DNA from: Octopus vulgaris
Taxonomy: Eukaryota
DNA length: 64,000 nt
Direction of reading: 5' to 3'
Assembly (NCBI GenBank): GCA_951406725.2
Contig: OX597814.1
Coordinates: forward strand, 13,702,001 to 13,766,000
In this document: positions 1 to 13,589 of the stretch, piece by piece
How the letters are laid out: each line of letters opens with the position of its first letter
Position numbering within the stretch: position 1 is the first letter of the stretch
Notes under the pieces: generated by a model
What the model saw: the letters and a program-made list of their open reading frames with translations, nothing else
What the model was told of the DNA's origin: nothing
The model's database searches: none
Program-made: the position numbers and the translations under genes

Positions 1-21
1 CGAGCACACTCTATATATTTA

Positions 22-535
22 GGGTCACCGTCGAACTCCCGAACAAATGAAAACATCATGAAAATTTATGAACTGATTTTCGAGATCGTTGAGTGGACAA
101 TTGACGAACATGTTGATATGACTGGTGTGTTCTGGGGCTCCTGTCAATGAATTAAGAGCGAGAAAGGAGTTGCAGCAAATCTTGTGCCTCAGCCGCTCAC
201 AACAAAAGATCAAAAGCAGTCATAACTGAAAGTGAGTCGTGGACTGAAAGAACAGCTGGAAGTTGATACAAACATTTTTTCAAAGTCTATCACTAGTGAC
301 GAAAGCTGCTATTACAAAATTTAATAGATTAGGAAGAGGTGAAGAAGAAGGGATAAAAACGACGAATGCAAAACCCTACAAAAGTTTCAGCTTCCTTCGA
401 ACATTAGATAACTCATCTTGATCGTTGCATTGTTTCAAATGAAGAATACTTTGAAGGTGATAATAGTGCAAACATGTAAAACTATGTAAGTACCATATCA
501 CATAAAAGTATTTTTGGGGGGTACACCTTCGCACG
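22..535 (+). mobile_element. Degenerate, internally deleted mariner (Tc1/mariner) transposase relic
   Basis: The frame from 22 reads GSPSNSRTNENIMKIYELI...VAANLVPQPLT..Q...SKSITSDESCYY with stops. This matches the mariner GRP-HTH, WVPHEL-like linker and ITGDE(S/T)W first catalytic Asp. A TIR-like end (ttttgggggggtacaccttcg) lies at ~512-531. Confidence 0.75.
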
Positions 536-580
536 TACTTTATATACAGTAAAACGTAAACTGTATCATGTCGTCATGCT

Positions 581-922
581 TACTCTTTACTCTTTTATTT
601 GTTTCAGTCATTTCACTGCGGCCATGCTGGAGCACTGCCTTTAGTCGAGCAAATCGACCCCAGGACTTATTCTTTGTAAGCCTAGTATTTATTCTATTGG
701 TCGCTTTAGCCGAACCTCTAATTCACGGGGATGTAATCACACCAGCATCGGTTGTCAAGTGATGTTGGGGGGAAACACAGATACACAAACACAAGCAGAA
801 ACACACACATACACACACACATACATATACATATGCATATATACGACGGGCTTCTTTCAGTTTCCGTTTACCATGCAGTGGAACTGAACCTGGAACCATG
901 TGGTTGGTAAGCAAGCTACTTA
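581..922 (-). mobile_element. tRNA-derived SINE family A (Octopus-type), partial copy with internal deletion
   Basis: Homologous to copies at 3351, 5406, 16684 and 25676: tail GCTCCAGCATGGCCGCAG...GAAACAAGTAAAAGA, internal (CA/TA)n spacer and part of the tRNA-like head. Confidence 0.9.
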
Positions 923-1864
923 TTTCAAATAATTTTGTCATGAAGGCATGATACAGAGTAGCTTGTTAGCTGGACAGAAGCATTTATGAGATGAAACATG
1001 AAATGATATGAATGGGAAAAGACGTAACACGCCCACCGATCTTTTGCTTCTCTAAAACGTTATTTTTTTCACAAAAAACAGACCGGGGTACTGGACCTCT
1101 TACGTTTTCACAATTATTGGAATTAATCGTCCATTTACAAATTAAAACATTATTATTTTTACACAAAAAACAAAATGAGGTATTGAACGTCTAACTTCTG
1201 TTTATACAATTTTTGGACTTAATAGTCCATTTACAAATTGGGGCGATGAGCCTCTTACACACTTAGACATTATAACACTGAGGCTTTTCAACCTCTTATC
1301 AATTTTCCTCCCCCACTTCGCTTGGGCCCTTATATTCCGCCATAACCCACACCTCGTTTAAAATCGAGGACGGCTCCTCGTCGGCATCGCCTGGCCACAG
1401 GCAATAGTCCTCTTTGTGTCTCTCCAGCCTACGTATCAGGGGCAACATTATGGCCTCCACAGCTATCTGCGGAAGCCATTCGGGTCCCCGTGTGAAGTTT
1501 ACAGGTATTCAGTTATAATGTTTTTACACCACCTTTTCTACCTCTCCACTTCCGTAGAAGAAAATCAATAATTTGTCATCCTCCGGGGTCGAGGTAGTCA
1601 ATTCTACCGTTGGCAGCACAATTCCCACCAACGGTATGTCTTTCTCTGTCGGTGGCACAACCGACGAGGTTACAGCTTCCTCTGTCGGTGGCACGATTCC
1701 CACCGAAGAGGCCTCGGAACATGCTGGCTGTACACTGCATACCTCCAGCATTGTCCCATTCTTCTTTCTCTTTTTTCTTTTTTACATTTGGTGCGGGAAG
1801 GTTTTTTTTTTCGCTTTCCAACCTTTTACGTTCATATAACATATAAATAAGTGTTATGTGAACG

Positions 1865-1867
<3 letters not shown>

Positions 1868-1923
<56 letters not shown>

Positions 1924-2085
1924 AGAGGTAATGCAGTACAATTTTTTATTGCAACTCCATTTAATTGAGTTCAGTTAAATGGAGTTGAATGAAACGATCG
2001 TAATGCATTACCTCTGGATTTACTTGTTGCTTATTTTCCTATCTATTTTCCAATCTTATTTTCCTATCTATTTAAATGTGCATAC

Positions 2086-2146
<61 letters not shown>
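1868..2146. repeat. Two (TA)n microsatellites
   Basis: Runs at ~1868-1921 and ~2087-2146. Dozens of similar runs occur across the window. Confidence 0.95.
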
Positions 2147-2150
<4 letters not shown>

Positions 2151-2476
2151 TATTATTTAAAAAAGGAAATGTGGAACATGAGCTGTGATATATAAAAAAA
2201 GGGAGATGAAGAAAATGCTGACAAAATAATTTAAGTAAGGGAGAGTGTATTTAATTAGGTGAAAGTTCTTTTTACCGGTTGCGCATTTGTTATGCTTATC
2301 AAAACATATTTTTTAAGAGAGATAGAGTCCCTTTCTGATATATGTTTTTGTCTTATCTGACTTTATGTTGGGTTTGCTGTCTCTTATATGTGAAAAAAGA
2401 GGCTCCAAAGTTGTTTAAGATTTGCTTGGTTTCGCGCCTAAAATTTCTTGTGGACAATGGTCAATACAATCAAATT

Positions 2477-2516
<40 letters not shown>

Positions 2517-2534
2517 GTGTGTGTGTGTGTGTGT

Positions 2535-2843
2535 GGAGGCGCAATGGCCCAGTGGTTAGGGCAGTGGACTCGCGGTTGTAGGGTCGCGGTTTCAATTCAC
2601 AGACCGGGCGTTGTAAGTGTTTATTGAGCGAAAACACCTAAAGCTCCACGAGCTCCGGCAGGAGGGGGGGGCGATCCCTGTTGTACTCTTTCGCCACAAC
2701 CTTCTCTCACTCCTTCTTCTGTTGGCCTGCTCGCTTAGCCAGCGGGGTGGCGTCATTTGAAGGCTAAAACAATGCGAAGCGCATTGTGACCAGCGATGTG
2801 TAGCAACATCTGATAGCCTGGTCGGTCACGCTGATCACGGTGA
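2535..2843 (+). mobile_element. tRNA-derived SINE family B (head B + tail 1)
   Basis: Starts GGAGGCGCAATGGCCCAGTGGTTAGGGCAG (A-box TGGCCCAGTGG, B-box-like GGTTTCAATTC). The 5' ~170 bp are shared with the copy at 20997. Confidence 0.85.
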
Positions 2844-3017
2844 TATATATATATGTATATACAGGAGTATGCACATAAATGTGAAGCAGGGTAGGAAAAC
2901 GTGTAGTAAGATACCAGAGGTAGAGTAATAGGATTTATTAAAAGCAGGAGAAATAACAAAACTGTTACACAGAGTTTCACGCTCCCGTTCGTCGTATAAT
3001 TTCCTTATATTCTATCG

Positions 3018-3060
3018 AAACTGTCCGACGAACGGGGACGTGAAACTCTGATTAACAAGT
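3018..3060 (+). ncRNA. Minimal type-I hammerhead-like motif (U4C variant core), with an inverted partial copy at 2959-2994
   Basis: aaactgt CCGACGA acg-ggga-cgt GAAA ctctgat TA acaagt. The inverted copy reads CGACGA acg-ggag-cgt GAAA ctctgtg TA acagttt. Confidence 0.55.
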
Positions 3061-3125
3061 GATATATCTGCAGGTTTTAATAAAGTATGCGTATATAAGT
3101 ATATACGTGTATGTATGTATGTATG

Positions 3126-3160
<35 letters not shown>

Positions 3161-3189
3161 GAAAAAAGCAACAAGAATGGGTTAAAATA

Positions 3190-3273
3190 TCGGTACAATT
3201 GTTTCGTATGTGGACATCTTTAATAAGCTACAAAAAATGCAGTAAATATAGATGGCTCGTACACGTCAGCCGA
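3190..3273 (-). ncRNA. Type-I hammerhead ribozyme motif, one core substitution
   Basis: Minus strand: tcgg CTGACGT gtac...atac GAAA caattg TA ccga. Stem I is tcgg/ccga, stem III is the palindrome caattg, and the cleavage triplet is GUA. Homologous, with flanks, to 6709-6796. Confidence 0.7.
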
Positions 3274-3350
3274 AAAAACATCAGAGATTCCCAAACATCA
3301 AAAGAGGTAGATACAAATATATATATATTATATATTATATATATATAATA

Positions 3351-3512
3351 GGCCCCGGATTGGCTGTGTGGTAAGCAGCTTGCTAACCAACCAGATGGTT
3401 CCGGGTTCAGTCCCACTGCATGGCATCTTGGGCAAATGTCTTCTGCTATAGCCCCGGGCCGACCAATGCCTTGTGAGTGGATTTGGTACACAGAAACTGA
3501 AAAAAGCCTGTC

Positions 3513-3554
<42 letters not shown>

Positions 3555-3787
3555 GTGTGAGTGTGTGTGTGTGTATGTATGTGTGTCTGTGTTCGTCACC
3601 CTAGTATTGCTTGACAACCGATGCTGGTGTGTTTACGTCCCCGTCACTTAGCGGTTCGTCAAAAGAGACCGATAGAATATGTACTGGGCTTACAAAGAAT
3701 AATTCCCGTGGCCGATTTGCTCGACTAAAGGCGGTGCTCCAGCATGGCCGCAGTCAAATGACTGAAACAAGTATAAGAGTAAGAGAG
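3351..3787 (+). mobile_element. SINE family A, full length
   Basis: tRNA-like head (TGGCTGTGTGG ... GGTTCAGTCCC), CORE-like CTTGGGCAAATGTCTT, internal microsatellite, and CR1-like tail ending in AAGAGT repeats. Confidence 0.92.
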
Positions 3788-3861
3788 TATGTATATATAT
3801 ATATATATATATACAGATCAATAAATGGTGGGGTTGTGTTGACCGCACGTGGAGAAATGAT

Positions 3862-4039
3862 AAGCAAGGAAAAATTGTAAAAATGCAGAATGCTAAATTG
3901 AAATAAAATTTTAATGAAATGAGAAATCGATAAAATATATAAATATATATTAATTCAAACCGGTTTTCTTTATCAATTTCTCATTTCATTAAAATTTTCT
4001 TTCAATTTAGCATTCTGCATTTTTACAATTTTACCTTGC

Positions 4040-4040
<1 letters not shown>
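3862..4040. repeat. Inverted repeat, ~70-bp arms
   Basis: 3862-3932 is the reverse complement of 3969-4040 with about 3 mismatches. Flanked by (TA)n. Confidence 0.9.
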
Positions 4041-4103
<63 letters not shown>

Positions 4104-4142
4104 CATCTGTGTATATGTTATATATATATATGTATATACATC

Positions 4143-4208
<66 letters not shown>

Positions 4209-4395
4209 CAGGTTCAATTATTCTCTTCGATTATATACATAAGTTTTTGCGAGAATGCAATCTCAACGCTATGAGTTTTCTTTATTCGCTCTTATCGTAA
4301 GATTATATTTTATTCACCTTTTCTTGAGGGCATATTTATTCGTAAATAATTTTTACAACACAATTCTTCAACGCTTTTTAATGTGATTGTAATTC

Positions 4396-4442
<47 letters not shown>

Positions 4443-4665
4443 ATATATATATATATATACACTTTTAAACATCTCAACTTTCTAAATTAATCCCATTCAT
4501 GTATTTATAAATGAATATTGATGTGTTCATAACATGTTTTAATATTTTAATAACCGATACATTTGTATATTTATGAACTGTTATACATGCGTGTCGGGCT
4601 ATTATCTGAGCACTTCAATCTACTTTCCATACAATACACAAAGGAATTTTACTATGTGTAAATAC

Positions 4666-4701
4666 ATAGATAGATTAAGATAGATAGACAGACAGACAGA
4701 T

Positions 4702-4780
<79 letters not shown>

Positions 4781-4808
4781 GAGATAGATAGATAGGGAGG
4801 TAGGTAGG

Positions 4809-4844
<36 letters not shown>
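4666..4844. repeat. (TAGA)n microsatellite
   Basis: Direct tetranucleotide repeat. Confidence 0.95.
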
Positions 4845-4845
<1 letters not shown>

Positions 4846-5023
4846 GTGCTTTCATTTGTTTTCCTTTCGTTTTATTAAAATCCCTTATTCCCTTTCCAAA
4901 TAAAGATAACATATTTTACTGATTAACAAACGCGTGCGCGAATAAATTCATAAACTCATATACGTTTATGCATGCAGGTGAATAGCTATATATAAATATG
5001 CATTCGTATGTATGAGGATATGT

Positions 5024-5074
<51 letters not shown>

Positions 5075-5405
5075 AATACAGAGACACATAAAGTGAGAGG
5101 GAGAGATAGGTCGATAAAATAAATGCATATATATATATATATATAAAAGTATATACGCGCACACATATATATATATATGTATATATTCATGCATATATGT
5201 ATATATGCATGTATATGTATACATGTATGTATATGTATGTATACTTGTATGTATATACATGTACGTATATGAGTAGTTATATCTCTATATTTTTCCACTA
5301 TATTGTAGGGCCGACTAAAAACCTTGTGAGTAGACTTGATATTTTGAAGCTGAAAGATGTTCATACGTACGTTTGTATGTATGGTTATATATATATATAT
5401 ATATA

Positions 5406-5811
5406 TACTCTTTACTCTTTTACTTGTTTCAGTCATTTGACTGCGGCCATGATGGAGTACCACCTTTAGTCGAGCAAATCTACCCCGGGACTTATTCTTT
5501 GTAAGCCCAGTACCTATTCTATCGGTCTCTTTTGCCGAACCGCTAAGTGACGGGGACGTAAACACACCAGCATCGGTTGTCAAGCAATGCTAGGGGGACA
5601 AACACAGATACACAAACACACACACGCATATATATATATACATATATACGACAGGCTTCTTTCAGTTTCCGTCTACCAAATCCACTCACAAGGCTTTGGT
5701 CGGCCCGCGGCTATAGTAGAAGACACTTGGCTAAGATGCCACGCAGTGGGACTGAACCCGGAACCATGTGGTTAGTAAACAAGCTACTTACCACACAGCC
5801 ACTCCTGCGCC
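5406..5811 (-). mobile_element. SINE family A, full length
   Basis: Reverse complement of the 3351 element, with 5' end GGCGCAGGAGTGGCTGTGTGG. Confidence 0.92.
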
Positions 5812-5812
5812 T

Positions 5813-5860
<48 letters not shown>

Positions 5861-6708
5861 TGGAGAAATTATACAAAATGTATAAATTAATAAATTAATG
5901 ATGAGTACAACACCGGTACAGTTACGAATACCTGTTTTCTATTTTTATCTGTAGCTTTATTTCAGGGATTTTGTAGTGGCGTTTGGGGTAACAGTAAGAA
6001 TAAAATAGGGGATTGAATGTGTCATATAATTTTTTGCGTATAACACATGTTCCGGCCCGTCCTGTCTCTCTTGAGGTACATCAAAAAAAAAAAGTCTCAC
6101 TAGAGATTTCTTGAGTCGGCTTACGCACCGCTATATGTCCATCAAATTCTATAATGAGAAAAAAATAGAAAAATTATTGAAACGCAAAAAAATCAAATAT
6201 GAACGTGGAGGGTATACAGAAAATGAAGTAATGAGCTTTGACTGAGGTAACTGTTAAGAAGAGAATGAAAAGGAAGTAGAAGTTGAAAGATAATAATTAG
6301 AAGAAAATTTTTTTGTGTTCGTGCTTAGACTCATATATACATACACATACACACACACACATATACACACACGCATACACACATATACACACACAGACAT
6401 ATATATATATATATAGGCACAAATTCATACGCGCTTACGCTCGCGCATCCAAGTATATATGCATATAGATACAACTAGATACACGCACATACTTACAGAA
6501 TTCAAACCTACATTATTATGGATGAATTTACATTTTCTATGAAACTAACAGGTTTTTTAAAATACTTTCTAAAACCTGTTATAGGACTGTGCAACATGAG
6601 AAAACTTTGGAAGTCTACTTATTATCTAAATCTGATTTTTATAGAACTATCCTTGATGCTTCATGAATGTAGCTCACCCCCTAAGATGTTTGGAGAACTC
6701 AGATGTGT

Positions 6709-6796
6709 TTTGGCTGATGAGTACGGGTCACTTGTATTTGCTGCAATATTTGCAGCCTTAATAAAGCTGGTCTTCATATGAAACAATTGTACTGAA
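6709..6796 (+). ncRNA. Type-I hammerhead ribozyme, intact catalytic core
   Basis: tttgg CTGATGA(6714-6720) gtacg...gctgcaa-tat-ttgcagc...catat GAAA(6780-6783) caattg TA ctgaa. Stem I tttgg/ctgaa includes G-U pairs, stem III is palindromic, and the triplet is GUA. Confidence 0.8.
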
Positions 6797-8049
6797 ATAC
6801 TTATCCATTTTTGTTGCTTTTTTCTTGTTTATAATCACCCCGCATTATCTTATGGTTAATACCATATAGATTTCTGGTGCATCTAAGTTAAGTACCGCAT
6901 TCATGTGAATTCAACAGAACTCACTTGAATCTTAATTGCTTTTACTGAATATATATATATATATATATAGACGTTGACTCTTAGAAAACTCTGAATACTC
7001 CCAAAATAGATGAAACGAAGCATCCCCTTGGTGAACAGCAATGGATATCAACATTTCACTGCTAATTCAGAGATTCGGTTTCGCGTCACCTCCACACAAA
7101 TTCGAATCAATGGTGTGAGATGTATATACCGTTATCGTAAAATCTATCTGCTCAAGTAAAACATAGTTTAATTTTGAATTAGAACCAGTGTTCAGATTTC
7201 AAGACTTACAAATGTCACATAATTAATACCATGTGTTTTTATACTGGTCATTAGCTGCGGAATTACTTAAATACTTATATGTATCAACATCTAGTTGTTC
7301 TTTCAATTTACGGCACGCATTCAGTTATGACATTTTTTGATATTTCGTGAGATGGCGTGGCGCAAATAGTTGTTGCAACTATTTTCATTTGTAATTCCTC
7401 GCTCAAAATTCGTCGACAGGAGCATCAGCACACATATATTACATATGTATGTGTATGTATGTGTATGTATGTATGCATGTGTGTATGTATGTATATATAT
7501 ATGCACACACGCACATCATTGTTATACGCAAATATGTATGCATACATATATATACAAATAAATGCACACACGCCCACATATAATATGTATATATAAATAT
7601 GAAGGTAAATGCATGGCTCAAGTGGACCAATGATATTTTTAGAAATGTTGTACCCGTATTCAATTTTAAATAATTTCACGCATTTCGTTTGTTTTAATAG
7701 TATTCATGCCCACACGACAATTTAAAAATATGGTGGGGGCAAACTCTATAAGGCGTCACTGGCAGATTTGATTAAGGAGAATTAGGCCGCTTCGGCGCTA
7801 AATTCGAAATAATGATATCAAATTAACCGGCATTACTCTTGCATTGTTGGCGGAGGTAGGATGCTATTCTTGCGTTAATTTCATGATTCTTCTGTTGCTT
7901 TGACTTTTATTTTTAGCGAATCAGGTGCTTATGTAGTACCCTATTTCTATATTTCATTCCCTTGCCTGTACGGCTTAAGCTAGCGTCGACAAACGATATT
8001 ACTTTTAGAAATATCGTTCTCAGATATATTTTTATGTATACATATTTTT

Positions 8050-8098
8050 GTGTGTATGTATGTATATCTATATCTATCTATTTACCTATCTTTATACA

Positions 8099-8145
<47 letters not shown>

Positions 8146-8162
8146 ATATGTATATTTATATA

Positions 8163-8253
<91 letters not shown>

Positions 8254-8360
8254 GTATGTATGTATATATGTATATTTATATATATATATATATGTATATG
8301 TATATATATATATGTATATATGTATATATATGTATATATATATGTATATATATGTATATA

Positions 8361-8415
<55 letters not shown>
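8050..8415. repeat. Long compound (TA)n/(TATG)n microsatellite
   Basis: Direct observation. Confidence 0.95.
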
Positions 8416-8417
<2 letters not shown>

Positions 8418-8972
8418 GACGATCTTTTAATTTCTGTGTAACAGATACACGCACCAAGTTTTAGTCGGCCCAAGGTTATTGAAGATAAGCCTTGGCGGAG
8501 ATGTCACGTAGTGAGAGTGAACGACAAATCATGCGGTGGGTGGTATACATCTCACATCTCTCTTTTGGCTGCACATATATATACTGTATATGTATTAAAT
8601 AGATAGATAGATAGATATATAGATAGACAGGTATGCATTGATAGACATACGAAATCACACAACTGAAGGAGTCAACCGAACAAAATTGATATTTAAAAGT
8701 ATAAAATCACAGTAGTGCTCCTGTAGAATATCACAGTAGACGCATAGCGAACACGAATGATAGAATATACGTATAAGTTTATATATTTATACATATTTAT
8801 GAAAATATACATATATATATATATGTGTGTGTGAACGTGTGTGCGTGTTTGTGTGCCCGCGCGGGAGTATGTGTATATATGTATATATTATAGATATGTT
8901 ATATAGATATGTTATATATATATGTATATATTATAGATATGTTATATATACACACATACGTAAACACACGCC

Positions 8973-9062
<90 letters not shown>

Positions 9063-12000
9063 TACTTATACATGTGTAAACACACACACATACATATAAA
9101 TATATATATATACATTTATATGTATATACATACATATATAGATATATATTTTTATACATATGTGTATATATATATATCTCCTCACTCAGGCATATTCACA
9201 CGTATAGTGATATCTCATTGTCTCATTTAGAGCACTACTACACTTCATATATTTAGTATTCTGCCTAATAAAAGACTAAGCGTTGGTTTCTGCTACACAA
9301 ACACATATATACGCAGTAACATTCAGATACACACACACAGCTGGGTAGAATGCAAGAGGAGGAGAGAGAGAGGATGAGTCGCACACATATTCTGAATTAA
9401 TGAAGGAGGAGGAAGAGTGCAACTGAGAATGCTGAATGAGCAAATTTATAGATGAAAGATAGAGAGAATGTCATATGGCATAAACTTGAGCGAAATGATA
9501 TATCGAAATATTATATTAGGGAGTGAGTGAAGGAAATAATTCTCGTGACAAAGTGATAGATTCATAAAGCAAAAATCCAGTTAGCAAAAATAGAGAGTGA
9601 TAGAAAGAGAGCAAAACTATGAAAGAATATAAGTAGTTAGTAGGATAACTGAAAGGAAGATAGATAGATGGGTGGGTCGAATCCAGTAAGTAAGAGTGGG
9701 CGAGAAAATGACAGAAAGTTAGAGTGCGTACGTAAGAAAGAGCGAATGAAAATGAGAAATAAAGAAAGTGATATGTAGAAAGAAAGAAGATTGAATAAAG
9801 TTGTATAGGTGTTTTGTAATTTTCGAAGTAATCGCATTCTCTGTTTTTCCCATTCTAAATGAATTGTTAAAATACATATTGTTCCTTGAAACCATTTAAT
9901 GTCTGTGTGAGAAGGGGAAGTGTCTTGAACAACACGTTTACATAGCGAATTCTCTTCTATCAATCAGCTGTGCTCAGTGTTTTCCACCTTGCTTTCTTTA
10001 TGACTGTTTATCTGTTATTTTTCTTTTCCATCCCCGCTACCTCTTGTGTATCCCTATCTATTTATCGTATGCTTCCTCGAAGACACGAAATAATCCTACC
10101 CGAGTTCCAGCAACGTTGTAATTGCATTACTACGCAACAAGTAGTTTCCATAAATATTCCACGCGGACTAACATTTGCTCTTATTCCCCTAAAGCGTAAC
10201 AGAAAATTTTCTGCAACGTAATTATTGAATTAAGAGGTAAGTGTTTACATTGTTTATCAGTTTTTCCTTACCGTCGTCAACTTTTTTACCTTGTACTCTT
10301 CCCTCAATCATTCTGGCCTATACGTGTGTAGCTGAAATTACATGCATAGATGAATACACATAGAGACCTACACACGTGTGTTAACAGTTGCATATACCAC
10401 ACACACGCACACACTCACACACACATACGCACACGCACACTCATCCGCACGCACTCAAACACACATAAGCACATACCCATACGCATTCATGCACACTCAC
10501 ATAAACCCAGTCATGCATAGACACACTCATTTTTTTTTTTACGTTTTTGTAAGCTTCCGATGTATTTTATACAAAGTATTCTTTATTCATTATCCTAATT
10601 GAAATTTATTTCAGTGAGCAGGAATTAATGATTAAGATTTTAGTACACAAACATACTATTTCTTTTTATGAGTTCTGTTTTCTATGCGCTCATTGATCAA
10701 AACAGCTAGGCCAAAAGTTCGTCACGCTTTCAACTAGGTACAACACATTTAATACCATCATAATGTTACCGATTTACACGTTTATTTCTAATAAAGTATT
10801 CCCATAGACTTTCTTCGGGAATATCTACCTGAAATGCTACATAATTAGCACAGCAACTTATTGTGTAATATTTTCAAAAGCAGTTATCATGCATGCCAAT
10901 CAAGTATATATACAAATTGCTAGTAACTCTAGCTAGATGATTATCGAAATACTTTGCACAAAGTTGTTATCTATCAGAATGAATGGAGCTAAGAATTAAA
11001 AACTATAGAAATTTAACTAGGACTGTATTACATATTCAAACTGAACACTAGCGAGTTGATGTACAATACAGTCATTCTAATGTGCTTAGTAAACTGACAT
11101 GTTCAATCTAATACAAACATTGCTATTAGAAAAATGAAGCCGGTCGTTATTTAATTAACCCTGGGATATTTGATACAAATTATACTATAACAGATTTGAA
11201 TATTGATTTCTAAAACATGTGCAAGGTCATGTCATATATTTTAAGGCCTGTTGGAAGTCCTCCTATTGAACGTATGTTCTAAACTGACAGTGCTTTCAGA
11301 ACTCGGTACGATGAAATTAAAATTGCAATCGGTGAACTTTGCAATCGGTATATTATCAGAATAAATTTTGGAAACTATTTCGAACAGTAAAATAGATTTT
11401 CCTGCCAATTAACAGACGTTTACTTCAGTTGAAATATTTGTTATTCGAGGGTTAATTTACTGTATCATCGAAGATTTATTTTACGTTTTTACTTTATGGT
11501 GTTACTCGATTTCTTTTGATATTTGAATTTGTTTTGCCAATTGTATTTTCTGTTGAAAAAGAATGCGTCTTTCACTTTGTAGGCGCTCGGAGACCGAAGA
11601 GATTGAAGTGGGTAATATGTCTCTTGATATCTGAAGGTTACAGGAAGGGAATATGCACTAAGGGAATTCTAGATGACCGACGTTACAAATAGAAAGGCAT
11701 ATGCGTCAAAGATCGTGTGGGGCCAGATTTAAGGGGCACACATTATGTGTGAAGAAAATGAGAAAGGTAGACATTTTGGAATGATTATGTGAAAGTGGAA
11801 TAAATTTGAATAGGCAGATGTAACACTTGTAAGGTTAGAAATGGCAGGGACGGGGTGAGAGAACATATGTGCACCTGCAAATACTTTTGGTTGAGGGGTA
11901 GGCAGGTTCGGGAGGGCTTTATGTCAATAAGTAGGGTCTTTTTTATATTTTGATATCCAAGGATATCTGAAGTTATATTAGCAGCACTTCATCCAGTGCT

Positions 12001-12874
12001 TGCTTTTCTTATGATTTGATGTGAAATAATTGGTGGAGTTTTAAGTATTTTGAAGTATTAAAGAGAAGAGAACTTGCTTTGTTATTCACGACCAAGTAAG
12101 CTCAGAGCCTTTAATAAAAGATTCTCAATTTATGATCATATCATGTCTTTGAGTATTATGGGCTATGCTTTCCAACCTATGTATTTTTCTTAAGAAGGCA
12201 GCGCCTTGTCGAGAACGTATTTTGATAATAGTTTGGATTTTATGTAGTTCAAAGGAATTCGAAACAATTGCAGCTATAAGTCTATGATTATGTCTCGGCA
12301 AGAATAAATATAAATTTGTGAGATCAAATGATTGAGAAGAATACGGGGTAAACAACTGACTGAGCCACACTTTACACCTACAAGAATATCAATCGTTAAA
12401 TAATCCAATAAATTTTAAACTAAGAATAAGAAAATGATAACATATACCAGCTGATAACCATGTGGTATATATTCTTCATCATTCGCTTGACGTGTTTCAC
12501 TATATAATTAGAAAGGAAGCAAGAAAATTACATCTCTTCTGAGGGGTACAGTCTCTGATCTGAGCTAAAATGCTGACCTATTTCTTTCAAATTAATAAGT
12601 CAAGCGTAACATTTGGAATACATGTATATCACTCTACACACCGGGAAGTCAAGCTAACTTATCGGAATCATCAAGTATCGTGCGAAAGCAATGAGATACT
12701 TGTTCAGCGTAATTAACCAGTCATCAACGCAGTATGATTACCTTTTATGCTACGTTTCTACCGAATCATAATTGTTTAATCTAAACCACACCGTAAAAAG
12801 AAACGTTCAATAGAATTAGTACTCAATAAGTGTCCCCATCTCGCTGCATTGCAGATGTGGTCAAAATCAGTGTA

Positions 12875-12938
<64 letters not shown>

Positions 12939-13589
12939 AAAGTGAAATAATCTCATTTATTATTTTTTCTGTCACCAAGGCGAATTATAGTAAATGTCGG
13001 TCATTCATGCATGCTTACGTTACACTTATTCAAACATATACACTCATACACTCACTCACATACACACACATGTACGTATATATGTATGTCTAGGTGTTGA
13101 TCTAAACATGTTTGTGAGTGTTCAACGAGAAGGAGAGAGATATATAGAATTATCCACAGCAAATAGGCGGAAATGTAAAAAAGAAAAGAAATCTTGGCTA
13201 CTTTCCCCATACACCGTCCCCGCCTTCTTATAGTTATTTTTGTCACATTAATCTGTGCACATTACTCGATTTCAAGCATATCACGATGTTTCACAGAAAA
13301 CTTATCTGGATATCATTATAACTCATTGGCGTAGAAAGAACCTTTAATCTCAATACAAATGCTTTAATCACTAGATAAACAGTTCAACATAAATGCAATT
13401 ACAGAAGAATGTTCTGCGTATATTTTGTGGTATGAAACGAATGCTTCACATAGAGCCGCTCTTTGCATGACTGTATGTTCTAATTAAAAAGGATTTAAAA
13501 TGTTTTATTTGAAATGCAACTCTCTCGTAAAAGTTGTTGCAATTACTTCTACAGCGTTTATTATTGATATCTACTACACATATTGGAAA

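Noticed and set aside
4966-5885. Recurrent ORFs such as TTDAGVFTSP... and SSNARGTNTD...
   Set aside because: Translations of SINE family A, not genes.
7962-8473. Many long YI/CV/YLSI-repeat ORFs, here and elsewhere
   Set aside because: Artefacts of (TA)n, (TG)n and (TCTA)n, which lack stop codons.
11560-12370. Strand-biased segment with CxxC..H..C-like traces suggesting a LINE 3' end
   Set aside because: Too degenerate to assign by eye.
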